DNA of 64,000 bases from Lama glama (taxonomy: Eukaryota): positions 47,308,001 through 47,372,000 of the forward strand of contig CM052817.1 in the NCBI GenBank assembly GCA_028534125.1. Direction: 5' to 3'. A program made the translations under genes and the position numbers. The notes under the pieces were generated by a model that worked only from the letters and a program-made list of their open reading frames with translations, had not been told where the DNA came from and searched no databases. Positions 13,514 to 25,657 of this stretch are shown here, in pieces (positions within the stretch are counted from its first letter, which is position 1; each line of letters opens with the position of its first letter).

Positions 13514-14318
13514 TGTCATATTGTGATTTATAGGGAACATATATGTGCTCTTCTTATATATTTGGTCTTCATCCACAGTTCTTGGCTCATAGCTCCCAAA
13601 ACCCTTGGAATTTCCTGAGCAATAGGAGCAATGGGATAATATTTGGTCCCTTGTCCTCAGTTCCCTGGAGGTTGATCCAATCACCAATGGCCAAGGATTT
13701 AATCAGTCGTGCCTATGTAATTAAGCTTCCATAAAACCCCAAAAGGACAGGGTTTGGAGAAATTTTGAGTTGGTGAACACGTGGAGACTGGGGAAAGTGG
13801 TGGGTATGAGATGGTCTTGAAAGCTCCATGCTCTTTGCCCAGGCTTTGCCCTAGGTATCTTTCCATTTGGCTGTTGACCCATAACCTTTAATATCCTTTT
13901 ATAATAAATTGGTAATCTAGTGAGTAAACAGAGTTTCCTCAGTTCTGTGAGCCATTCTAGGAAAGTATTCAAACCTAAGAAGTTGATGGGAACCTCTGAT
14001 TTGTAGCAAGTTGGTCAGAAGTACAGGTAATAACCTGGACTTGTCATTGGCATCCTGAGTTGGAAGGGTTCATGGGAACCTTCAGTTTGTAGCTCTTTGG
14101 TTAGAAGCACAGGTAACAACCTGGGGTTGTGATTGGTGTCTGAAGTGGAGGGCAGTGTTATAGGTCTGAGTCTTTTGAATCTGATGCTATCCCTGGGGCG
14201 ATAGTGTCAGAATTGAGATGAATTCTTGGACACCCTGTTGGTGTCCTAGAATGTCTTGTTGGTGTGGGAAAGGCTACACACACACTGGAATTGGGCCCAG
14301 GAACCCTTTTGGAGTCAT
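13514..14318 (+). mobile_element. MER21-like solo LTR
   Basis: Starts tgtcatattgtgattt; contains the duplicated tYagaagYacaggtaaYaacctgg unit; homologous to 7147-8151 in opposite orientation. Confidence 0.8.
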
Positions 14319-15819
14319 ATCAAGGAACATTTGGAAGAATTTTAAATTTTAATTACTCCCTTATTTCTGTTTAAATCCCAGGAAGACTCAGATTTTCTAT
14401 TATCATTCAGAATTTCCAAGCAAAAATTTTCAAAGACTTGAGGAAAAAGAGAAAGATTATAAAAACAATAGAAGGCAGACAACATTGTCTGTTTATGTTA
14501 GTTGAGTATAAAGTTAAATATATTAATTGTTAAGCCAAACTTTTCAAGGAAAGGAGGGAGGTAATTTATGGTGCTAATCAAAGATAAGGATGCAATGAAT
14601 TTCCTTAAATCAAGGGAAGAAAAAAGGAAAATCAAGGAAAATGAGAATTCTTCCTCAATTTTTCCTTGTCCCATAGTGGAATTATTCTTCCAAAAACAAA
14701 CGGTTGAATATAAAACTCTAAAGTCCAAATTTACCCTTCTAAGATACTGGTTTTCCTCTGAAGGAAAGGACTGTGGGAGCAACACTGCCTCAACTACTAG
14801 CCAGAGCATGAACTCAAAGACCTAGTAAGGCTTTTCCATTTCTAATTTCTCGATCCTTGTATTCATGAATTTTCCTGTTTAAATTTTTTTCTTTCAATAG
14901 GACTTCCAAAAACTCTTGTGGAAAAGGTCCAAGATGGAAATTGCTTATTCATTGATAGGAGGGGAAAAGAAAACTTATTCATTTCACTGCATTAAGTAGA
15001 GAGAGTAAATATTCACTCCCTCATTTATTTAACAAATATTCTTTTGAGTGCCTGCTATGTGCCAGGCTCTCTTCTATGAGTATGAAATGGTAGCATCCAA
15101 ATTTCTAATCAACCTAATGCCTTGGGTAAAGAAATAATGATATTAAGAGTAGCGTATACACAGCATGCTTGATTTTCTGATCTGCAGATGAAAAATCAGT
15201 ATTACATAAAGCAGGGGAGGGTTCTATGTGAGAGGAAGATTCTTGTCCTCAATGAGCAACGAAGTAATTCTATATGTGCTGCTATCATCCCCATTTCCTC
15301 ATTCTGCAAGTCTTATAGCTGTGTTCTTTGAGGCTGCAGGAGGTGGAGAACAGGGAGAGGACAGCCAGTTGGTCTGGCTTTCATGGTTCTATAGTGGTGA
15401 GTCCCGTGTTTCTACTCTCACATTTCCCTGTGTTAGTTCTAGGTGTCGAGGATCCCAGTAGCTGGAGTAAAGCTTATCACCAGTTAGGAAAAAAAGGGTA
15501 TGATTTTCTCTGGATGTGCTTAGGGTGTAGTAGTTAAAGTACTCTGCAACTTCCATAGGATGGAAATTGTGGTAGAAACTTGTAATTGAAATTGAATAAA
15601 GCAGAGGTCAATGCCATCAAGGAGCTTGCAGTTTAGAGTGGGAGGTGGATATAAATCTAGTCAATTATGATGCAGTAAAGTTCTGTACTTACACTTGGAA
15701 AAAAGTTGAGTAGAAAATTTCTCAGATTTATTTGACCATAGGAAAAAAATAAAAAATTATAATCTATTTAATCAACGTAGATGAAAGTTCATTCAATATA
15801 TTAAAGTGTGGGAAAGTAC

Positions 15820-17795
15820 TTCATTAAAATTAAAAACATTTGCCCTGTGAAAGTCAAGGTCAGAAGAATGACAAGACAAGACAAGCCACAGACTGGGAGG
15901 AAATATTTACAAAACTTTTTTTTTTTTTTTTTGCAAAAAATAAAGGACTGCTATCTAAAATATACAAAGAACTCTTAAACAAAACAAGAAAAAAAGCCTA
16001 GTTAAAAAACAGGCCAAACTTTTAACAGACACCTCACCAAAGAAAATATACAGATGGCAAATAAACATATGAAAAGATGCTCCCCATCATGTGCCATCAG
16101 GGAAATGCAAATTAAAACAATGAGATACCACTGCATACCTACTAGAGAATGTTTGAAATCTGGAACAGAGATACACCAAATGCTGGTTAAGATGTGAAAA
16201 AACAGGAACTCTCATTTATTGATGGTGAGAATGCAAAACAGTACAGCCGCTTTAGAAGATAATGACTAAAACTAAAATTACTGTTAACATATGATCCAGT
16301 AATCATGCTCCTTGGTATTTACCCAAAGGGGTTGAAAATGTACATCCTCACAAAAAACCTATTATAAATGTTTCTAATAGTGTTATTAATAATTCACAGA
16401 ACTTGGAAGCAACCAAGATGTCCTTCAGTAGTTGAATAAACTATAGTAGTTCATTCAGACAATGGTATATTATTCAGTGCTAAAGAGAAATGAGCTATCC
16501 AGCCATAAAAAGACATGGAGGAAAAGTAAATGCATATTGCTAAGTGAAAGAAGCCAATCTGAAAAAGTTACATACTGCATGATCTCAACTGGATGACATT
16601 CTGGAAAAGGCAAAATTATGGAGACAGTGAAAACATCAGTGGTTGCCTGGGATTGAGGGGTGGGAAGGGATAAAAAGATGGCACATAGATTTTTAGGGCA
16701 ATGAAAATACTCTGTATGATAGTATAATGATATGTCCATTATACATTTGTCCAAACCCATACAATGTACAAAAACAAACTATGGACTTTGGGTAATAATA
16801 ATATGTCAACGTGGGGTCATCAATTCTAACAAATGTACCACTCTTTTGTTACATTTTGGGGGATGTTGATAATAGGGCAGGCTATTGATGTTTGAGAGTA
16901 GGGAGTATACGGGAAATCTCATTATTTCCCTCTTTTTTTTTTAAACATTTTTTATTGAGTTACAGTCATTTCACAATGTTGTATCAAATTCCAGTGTAGA
17001 GCACAATTTTTCAGTTATACATGAACATACATTTATTCATTGTCACTTTTTTTCACTATGAGCTACCACAAGATCTTGTATATATTTCCCTGTGCTATAC
17101 AGTATAATCTTGTTAACCTATTCTGCATATGCCTGTCAGTATCTACAAATTTTGAAATCCCAGTCTGTCCCTTCCCACCCCCTGCCCCCTTGGCAACCAC
17201 AAGTTTGTATTCTATGTCTAGGAGTCTGTTTCTGTTTTGTATTTATGTTTTGTTTTGTTTTGTTTTTTAGATTCCACATATGAGCGATCTCATATGGTAT
17301 TTTTCTTTCTCTTTTTGGCTTACTTCACTTAGAATGACATTCTCCAGGGACGTCCATGTTGCTGCAAATGGCGTTGTGTTGTCGTTTCTATGGCTGAATA
17401 GTATTCCATTGTATAAATATACCACTTCTTCTTTATCCACTCATCTGTTGATGGACATTTAGGCTGTTTCCATGTCTCGGCTATTGTAAATAGTGCTGCT
17501 ATGAACACTGGGGTGCAGGTGTCTTTTTGAAGTAGGGTTCCTTCTGGATATAAGCCCAGGAGCAGGATTCCTGGGTCATATGGTAAGTCTATTCCTAGTC
17601 TTTTGAGGAATCTCCATACTGTTTTCCACAGTGGCTGCACTAAACTGCATTCCCACCAGCAGTGTAGGAGAGTTCCCTTTTCTCCATGGCCTCTCCAGCA
17701 TTAGTCAATTGTGGACTTTTGAATGATGGCCATTCTGACTGGTGTGAGGTTATTTCCCTCTTAATTCTGCTCTGAACCTTTAACAGCTCTAAATA
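15820..17795 (+). mobile_element. Old L1MC-like 3' end, interrupted by a young L1
   Basis: ORF2-end motifs (agacacctcaccaaagaaaatatacagatggcaaataa; ttggaagcaaccaagatgtccttcagta) and 3' UTR (aactatggactttggg...gggaaatctc). The tail resumes at 17750. Confidence 0.85.
16935..17749 (-). mobile_element. Young L1 3' end
   Basis: ORF 17329-17640 (-) encodes the L1 ORF2p C-terminus ([12 protein letters not shown]...WKQPKCPSTDEWIKK..YIYTMEYYSA). 13-bp TSD ttatttccctctt at 16922 and 17750. Confidence 0.95.
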
Positions 17796-18727
17796 ATGTT
17801 CTTAAATGTGCGGAAAAGGTAAACAGCAGAAACAACAACAAACGTAGAAATGAATTATTTGCTGTTAGAAAGACAAAAATTTTATTTTTATGTCCAATGC
17901 ACAATAAATATTAGGTATCAGAATGTCAAGTTATGACAAGATAGACAACATTGATCTGTCAGCATCAAACAGAAAATACACACATACACACAGAACTCTC
18001 AGCTTATTTAACTGCTGCCAATACAAGAAAGCACAGATTAAAATATCCATACATCAACTGTTCTCATGAAACTTAAGTTAAAGAGGATGATTTTGTAATT
18101 AGGGAGACTACATACATGTGGTTAGTTTAGAAATTTTTTCTCTTCTTACAACATATTTTTGAGGAAAACAAATATTGGTACAGTATTTTATGGAGCACCT
18201 ATTAGCATCTCGTACAATTTGCCGTTCTTTGCCTTAAGGGACAGGAAGAGGAAGGGTCTTACAAACTGAAAAATCACTATGAGCAAGTGTGTAGACATGA
18301 GATGTGGGAAACAACACTGCAGCTGGAGGCAAAGAAACAAGCAGAGAAGGGCAGAGATTTGATGCTAGGCAGGCAGGGGTCAGTTTGTGGAAGGAACTCA
18401 ATGACTTCTCTGGTGAAATTAAAAGTTCATAATGTTTAAGTTTATATTTTCCTACTTTTCTTAGATTTGCCATATTTCATCATCAGTGAGCCATCTATAC
18501 ATATGCCAAACAGATTCATGTATTAAAAAAATCTTCATTTAAACCCTTGCTATGGTCTAGACAATGTGCTAGACAGTTTACATCCAAGATTATGTTAATT
18601 TTCATGAACATTTTGCAAAAGCAGTATTAGTAAGCCAATTTTAGAGTTGAGAAGACTGAGGTGGAATCTGTATGTGAATCCTACCTCTCTCAAAGTTCAT
18701 TCTACTTTAGCAATTGGTCATTGTAAT

Positions 18728-19010
18728 GGCAATTCCCCAAGTGTGTTCCTCGGAGGATAAAGCGTGAGAAAAAAGCATTCTGTGCTCACATTAGTGTGGG
18801 CCAAAGCACTACATCTCTCTCTTGAAGACTCATAATGCACTTAGGATTATAAAGTCTGTGAAGTTTTGAAATAAATAAATCCATTTCATTCTGTTCAAAT
18901 GAGCGGTTCACAAACTTCAGTTGACTGTCAGAGACTCCTTCTTCTTCTTTTTTTTTTTTTTTTTTTTTTTGGTAAAACATCTAACATTCCACATCACACT
19001 TTGGGAAACT
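18728..19010. mobile_element. Probable hAT-type DNA transposon relic
   Basis: Imperfect terminal inverted repeats ttccccaagtgtg / cacactttgggaaac about 280 bp apart. Confidence 0.45.
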
Positions 19011-20544
19011 TTGTCTTGGAGTACATTGGGAGAACCTTATTAATAAGAACTCAACTTATTTAGAATCCAAGAATATAAACCTTATTATATACTCTCAAGT
19101 TAATGTTTGTCAGAATGAGGGTCATGAACTCAGTGGGTTGTGAAATCAATGAAGTGTATATCCTAAGGATTTGGGAAAACAAAACAAAACAAATGGGATA
19201 GCAAATATCAGGGTGGTTGTACCTAGTAAGTACTGAATCGTGAAACTTTTATTGGGTCATAGTGCAAAATACATCTTTTAACTGTCATGGCCAAAAATTT
19301 CTAAAGCCGCTGTTTTCATGAAAGTCACATGAATTCCTTATTGTTCCAGAAGTTATGATAATGATAAACGTCTGAATTTTATGAAACCAAAACAAAAAGG
19401 ACTGCTGTAACTCCATGCTAAATACAATATTTGCTATTCCTTAAAATCAGAGAACTGTAGAGCTGAAATATCTCATAGGGGGAAAACCAAAATAGAGTTT
19501 TAGAGATTTGTCAAGGCCAGACAGCTGTTAGCAGGGCCTAGACCCTAGGGTTTCTGATTTGTACTCTATTATTCTTTTACTTGTTGCCATAAGTTGATAT
19601 AATTTTTATTTATAGAATATGAAGATTATTTCTTTATAATAAATAAGAAAATTAAGTACAAAATTCAACAAATCACTCCCAGATAGTAAGTCAATGACAG
19701 GTTACAAAAGTGCTGAAGGCTTTAATTGAAGGAAAAAAACTGCTTTAGAGATACTTCGGTGCTGAGGTCTAAACAGGATCCAGCTAATAACTAATTAATG
19801 TAATACCCCACGTTACTAGGTGGGGCCATTTGGTTTCTCGTTTGAACATGTAAGTGCCCTGTATACACGATTTTGAGAAGACTTAGCAGACAACACATCA
19901 GTGAACACAAACCACCTGTAAGGTAAAGATGCAACGATTAAATAATGAATCAAAGTATGCCCTCCAAACCCTCCAAACTCACACCGTTTTTAAAAGAAAA
20001 GGAACTATGACGTATTGAGGCATCCCTTACCAAAACAAACAGTAGTTTCTGCACATTTTCTTTTAGGCAGGCCTCTGAAAGACTCCTTCCAGTTGAAGTC
20101 TTGAAAATCAGACCTAAATTTGTGCCTATTCACTCTTCTCTCATGATCTGTTCTAGAGAGGGAGTGTCAGAAACTGGTCAGTGGAAGGTGGAAGTATTTC
20201 CTTTTCCATCCCTCTCCTCCCTGGAAAGCGCCCACAGGAGTCAACGCTAAGGAAGTGGGCCTGGGCTTGGATTCCAGCGAACTCTGAAGTCTCTGGAGCC
20301 CAGGTTGGTGTTATCTCTTCCCAGGAAGCTCCGAGCCACACAGGGCAGAAATCATTTGATAACTTAATCTTGGTGAGAGGAAGAGACACGGCCTGTGTGT
20401 GTACTCTTGTGATAAACGGAAGCATCCGGGTGACTCAAGAAAGACACATGGCATCGTTTAAAACTAATATAAACTAATAAAGTATAAACAACTTAAAGGG
20501 GGGAGGAAGCATATCCCAAAAGAAAAAAAGAAAAAACGTGCTAG

Positions 20545-22560
20545 GCGTCTGGTGTCCGGAGGGGAGGTGACCGCATCCTAACGACCAGACCAGAAGGTTC
20601 CCGGGGTTCTCTCCGGGGAGACGGGTCCCCGGCTGGGAGAGCAGTGGAGGTAGGACGAGGTGAATTTCCTAAAGCCCAGGACCGGCCTTTGGACCCTCCC
20701 CCTTCCTATAATTAACTCAAAGCAGGTCCCGCCAGTCGGGGCCCGTGGCCCTCCTGGACTGCCACCTCCCCTCGCCCATCTCGCCGGGAAGGACAGGATC
20801 CCGGGTTGAGGGGAGGTGTGGGGGGCGAGTCCGGGCCACTCGAGTCCCCTCGTGGTTTCAAACCCTGACCCTGCCTGGGGCCAGCCGCCGGCGCCGGCCT
20901 CCCCACTCCTCCCCGCTCCTCCCGCGCCGGCCGCGCCCGCCCGGGCGGGCGCGGGGGGCGCGGGCCCCGGCCTCGCGTGACGTGGGCGCCGCGGCGGGAG
21001 GGGCCGCCCGGGGGGCTCCGGCCGCCTTATTAGCGCCCTGCGGGTCGCCGGCAGCGAGCAGACGGCCACTCTGCGAGCAACAGGAGCCGGCGAGCGGCCC
21101 ACTCCTCCCACCTCCTCTGCCTGCCTCCTCCTCCTCCCCTCCGGCTCCTCCCGCCCCCACCTCTGTGCGAGCGGCGGAGTCGCCCTCTCCCTGCCTCTTT
21201 CTCCCGCTCCCGCTCGCTCGTCTCTCTCGCTAATACTTCCCCCTGCTGTGCTCCAGGGGACCCAAGCATTCTCAGCGCTAACCTTAGGGACCAATGGTGC
21301 TCGAAAAGCCTAGGAAAAGCCGCTTCGGGCAGAGATAGTTGGAAACCCCTCGTCCCTTCCCCCTCTCCTGGCGCAGCCCGTGCCCAGCTCGCAGCACCTT
21401 CTCGCTCCTGCACACTCTGTTTGGGAGGACGGGGTGAGAAGGTGAAGTGGAAAGAACTGCAGAGCAGAGGGGGCCAGTCTCAGAGCTCAGATTTCATTTT
21501 CATTGAAGCAAAGCACGGAAGATCAGTTTTTTTTTTAATTCTGTATTTTTTTCCTTTTTTATTTTGATTTTTACTTTTAAAGAAACTTATTTTGGGGGGA
21601 TTTGCTCTGGGCATTTGTTTTGCCCAGTGGTTGAAAAGTGAACTCGACTCGTGATGGTTCTCCTGTCACTTTGGTTGATAGCAGCCGCTCTGGTAGAGGT
21701 TAGGACTTCAGCTGATGGACAAGTAAGTGGAAAATAATAATAATAAAAAACTCAAACCCAACCTTTTCCCGAAAAAGTTCCTCCCCTCTTTCCCCTCCTC
21801 TCTCTCCTCCTCCCCCTCCCATCCTTCCCTGTTATCTTGTGCATTCACGAACGGTGTTTCAAGGGCTGGGCGCAGCGTGCGGGGCTTTCTGGGGTGGGGG
21901 TTTGAATTGCACGGGAGGTTAGGACTCCCACTCGGGGAGCCCAGGCTTGTCACACCTAGGGCTTCACTTTGCAGCATTCGTAACAATTCCTGGTGACAAA
22001 CTGCAGCCAATTCGCATCCGCGCCGGGCCGTCTGGGTTTCCCCTTTCCGGAGGGCGGTCTGGGCGCTTGAATGAAGTTCTGGACGCTGGGTCCAGGATCC
22101 CAGTACTCTGGTTGCTGCAGCCGGAGTCGGGTTCGCGGGGCTTTCTCTCCTCACTGACTCACAGCTTTTTCGGGCAGCCGGAGGCGGGGGTTTCAGGAAG
22201 TCCTTGGGCCGGACAGGGAGCGATCCAGTAGACACGTGTCCTGGGAGGACCGCGGCCGGCCTGGGGTTTGACAGTTGTGGAGGGGGGCCCGGGGACGTTT
22301 CCTGCCCTGCATTTTCCTGGGCAGAGGCTGGAGGCGCCGGCCGCTTTTCTCCCCTCCCCCTCTGCACAACTCCTCCTCTTTTTAAAGCTAAATTGAGTGC
22401 AGCTCTGTTTCTTTTCGGCCCAGCCCCCACCCTTTGGAGACTCAAGGTGAAGCCCGATGTTCTCAGAAGAGTCCTTGAGAAGGCTCAGCGGGACAAGCCG
22501 AGCCGTTTGTAGTAAATCATCAGCGCAGGGCCGGTGGGACTTTGGGTACAGAATTTCTCT
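20545..22560. promoter_or_regulatory. CpG island / ADAMTS3 promoter region
   Basis: Abrupt rise in GC and CpG density on both sides of exon 1; GC boxes (GGGCGG 20943); no canonical TATA box in the GC-rich core. TSS not determinable from sequence. Confidence 0.9.
21654..21722 (+). CDS. ADAMTS3: ADAMTS3 coding exon 1 (signal peptide, MVLLSLWLIAAALVEVRTSADGQ)
   Basis: gtgATGG Kozak context; 23 codons matching the recalled ADAMTS3 N-terminus; donor AA|gtaagt, phase 0. Confidence 0.97.
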
Positions 22561-22986
22561 GTGAGTTTTGGTAGCGTCTCTGGTCCGCCTGGTCTGACCA
22601 TAGGGTAAAAAGTATAAAATTGTCGAGCTGATTTCTGACTTCAAATCTGATAAATCAGACTTCTTTGCACGTATAAATTCAGAGCCTTTCTTTTCTACCG
22701 CTGAGGAGTTTTCAGAAGAGAATATTGAGTGTCAGTATTTATTTTTGCTGGCTTCATGAATGTTAAATTAAAATTGAAATGAGCAATTGTTATTGAACTG
22801 GTTCATGCTTCTGCCGCAAGGACCTTCTACAAGCGGAGGTGCAGCCTTTAGACACCAACCCCGGTCTCCAGCACCTCCTGATTAGCCAGCTCCTGAAAAG
22901 CATTAATGGTAGAAATAAAACTCACGAGGTGATAAGATGAAACCCAGTAACTGTTTCTTTTTCTTACTTTTCCCCCTCCTTTCCAG

Positions 22987-23014
22987 GCTGGTAATGAAGA
23001 AATGGTGCAAATAG
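22987..23014 (+). CDS. ADAMTS3: ADAMTS3 coding exon 2, 28-nt micro-exon (AGNEEMVQI + G)
   Basis: Long polypyrimidine tract + ttccag acceptor; donor AG|gtaagc; phase 0 to 1, linking exons 1 and 3 in frame. Confidence 0.96.
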
Positions 23015-23899
23015 GTAAGCCTTGTTCTCAGATGTCACTCTTATCTTAGTAGAAAGTAGGGAATGAAGTAAGCTAAGCAAAATGCTGTTTCTGAAATTTC
23101 TCCCATTGATAGTTAAAGAAATAATCTGTAGTCTAGGAACTTTTCTATTCTTCACTTCCTATTTCCAGAGGAGGGTCCCACTTTCCTCAGGCTGAATTGT
23201 AGTGATGTAAAAATTCTCCTGCAGTTGGACTTTTCAGGTGTCAATTTATTCCTGTCTTTGGACAAGCCACTGGTAGGTATTTGGAGGGTGATGGAGGGGC
23301 TGGAAGAAGATACCAAGATAAAGCAAATTAAATCAACTTGTATAGCATGAGGAGCACATCTGATTAGAAGAGAAACAAAGTATAAGAATGGTACAAAGAA
23401 GGGGAAAATGAAGTACAGAGAATGGAAAGTTTTCTCTTAAATTTTTCCAGCTTTGAGTAATCCCTCTGATGACTTCTCTTGTGCCATCTGCTTTAAAATA
23501 ATTGTCTACTGATGTATAAGATTCTGGTAGGCCTTCGGCAAATAACATCTAAAACCTCAGTATTACTTGATATGGGAATTATTCCCATTTTATGGGTGAG
23601 GAGACTGAGGCTCAGAGTGTGACTTGTAACCTGTCACTCCAAAGTCCATGGTCTTTTTAAAATCTGTTTATAATAATATACTTGTTTTGAATTCAAAGAC
23701 TAAAAGTCATCTGGCAGGAAGCCAGACTCCATTCAAAGTCTTTTTATACACATATTTAACTTGGGTTACTTTAAAAGATAGTTTTCTTTTTGGCAGAGTA
23801 TTAATCTCTGTAAATTGTGTATTTGTCAAGTGATTTTGTAAAGTCATCCTTTAGACGAAAAGTTTTTATTACTGCAGACACAGTTACAAGTCACTGCCT

Positions 23900-24080
23900 G
23901 TGTGCTACATGGCAGGCACAGTGCTAGTGGCTTTATGTGCCTTGTGTCACCTAATTCTCCCCTCTGTGCTAGGAGGGGGGGACACATTGTGCCTAGTTTA
24001 GATTTGAAGGAAATGAAGCTTGAGAGGTCAGACAGCAACCTGCTGTAGTGCATAGTGGAGAGCTGGGGGGATTCCACACT
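23900..24080 (-). mobile_element. MIR SINE fragment
   Basis: caggcacagtgcta...gatttgaaggaaatgaagcttgagaggt resembles the reverse MIR core. Confidence 0.6.
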
Positions 24081-25608
24081 TGTAAACTAATGAAGGAACC
24101 CCAAGATCCAGGCCCAGAGGCATCTGTATACAGGTGTGTATCATCCTATGTCAGAACACTCCCTTCCTACTCAGTGCTTAGCGTTGTTAGAGCTCCTTCC
24201 CAAACCTAGACCTCTGCAGGAGGAGCAGGTTGGAGGGGAGGAGACTGACTGAGAACTGCACTGAGAAGACAGTGTCTGTGAAGTCACATTTGTCATTTGT
24301 AGTTGCTAGCATTCAGCCATCAATATGTATCTTTTGAAAGAAGAATTTTTTTTTACCAGTCTTCAAACAAATAGAGAAAACAAAGCTGTCTTACTTTTTA
24401 TTTCTCAAACATTTGATTACTTAAAGGTCCAATGTTTTGATATATAAATTAAAAAGCTAATTTAAGATTACATATTCTACAAGGAATAAAATAGATTGCT
24501 TTGATTAAATTTTCAGATGGAATTAGCAAGCTCATGTGTGAAAGGCCCAGGGTTAGACTTTGGTCCAGTCTTTTTGCTCACGTAGCTACTTTAGTAGCTC
24601 TTTTCTTCAGGGAAGAAAGTAGTACAAGTACGCTTTAATTTGGTGAGAAAGAGATGAGTAATGGTACTATTAGATTGTGTTGCTGGAGGTTTATTTGTTC
24701 CCAAGTTCCTCTGCTTTATGAGATTTCTCCTTTTTATTGTTATCATTTCTATTTACCATTTTCAAGTTGAGTGAAGAGAAGAAATAAAGATAAAAATAGA
24801 CTTGACTCCTCAGTCTTGTAATTGCAGAATTGTATCATATGGCTTTGGGTTATAACATTTATGTAGTTTTTAAAAGGAATTTAAAAATACATTTTAAAAA
24901 TTTAATGTGCAGCAATGAGATTTCTTTCCCCTGTTCCCATGCATAAGGGTATTGCTAACCTGGAGGTTTGGTAAAATGTACTCCTCTACATAGAATTAAT
25001 TTTTCCCCATAATTGATTTAAAAACAGTTTTATGTATCTGCTTGGAGGTGCTATTTGGTCAGTGACACAATTAGGAAAGACTAATAAGGTTTGTGGAATT
25101 AATTAGTTTATATTTATTGATCTATAAATTGGCTAGAGAAAATTTCATGTTTCCAAATAATTTGTGAATACTTTACTGTCTCAGGAAGAGATAAATATGA
25201 ATTAGTAACAAACCACAAATTTTTAGGAAGCTGAATTAAAAACAAATACTTTCTATTGAGATATAATACACCTGCAGAAAAGAGTGTGTAAATGGCACCT
25301 TGCTGATTCCTCACGAAGGGAGCACATGTAGGTACCAGCACCTCTGTCCATAAGAACAGCGCTAATGCTTGGGCCACTTCCTTAGCACTAGCCCCACACA
25401 AAGGGTGACTTGATTTCTAACAGAATAGATTAATTCTGCCAATTCTGTAAATGCTTTTAAAGACTAGAAACACAATACATACTTTTTTAGTATTTGGCTT
25501 AGGAAACCAATTAAAAATATATATCTGATCTGCTTCACCCCCCTAGACTAGAAAGGCTTTTATTTAAGTGGGAGAAGGCAGTCTCTGATGGGGGCAGGTT
25601 AGAAAATG

Positions 25609-25657
25609 TATACACGCACGCACACACACACGCACACACACACATATACACATACAC
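25609..25657. repeat. Imperfect (CA)n microsatellite
   Basis: tacacgcacgcacacacacacgcacacacacacatatacacatacac. Confidence 0.9.

Noticed and set aside
7147..14318. Possible provirus between two LTRs
   Set aside because: The LTRs are inverted, not direct, and no gag/pol/env-like ORF lies between them.
17329..17640. 103-aa ORF with recognisable protein motifs
   Set aside because: C-terminal remnant of L1 ORF2p in a 5'-truncated copy, not a host gene.
20578..22644. Long Pro/Arg/Gly/Ala-rich ORFs (238, 245, 162 aa and others)
   Set aside because: Expected from stop-codon scarcity in a CpG island; no recognisable domain. An antisense non-coding transcript cannot be excluded from sequence alone.
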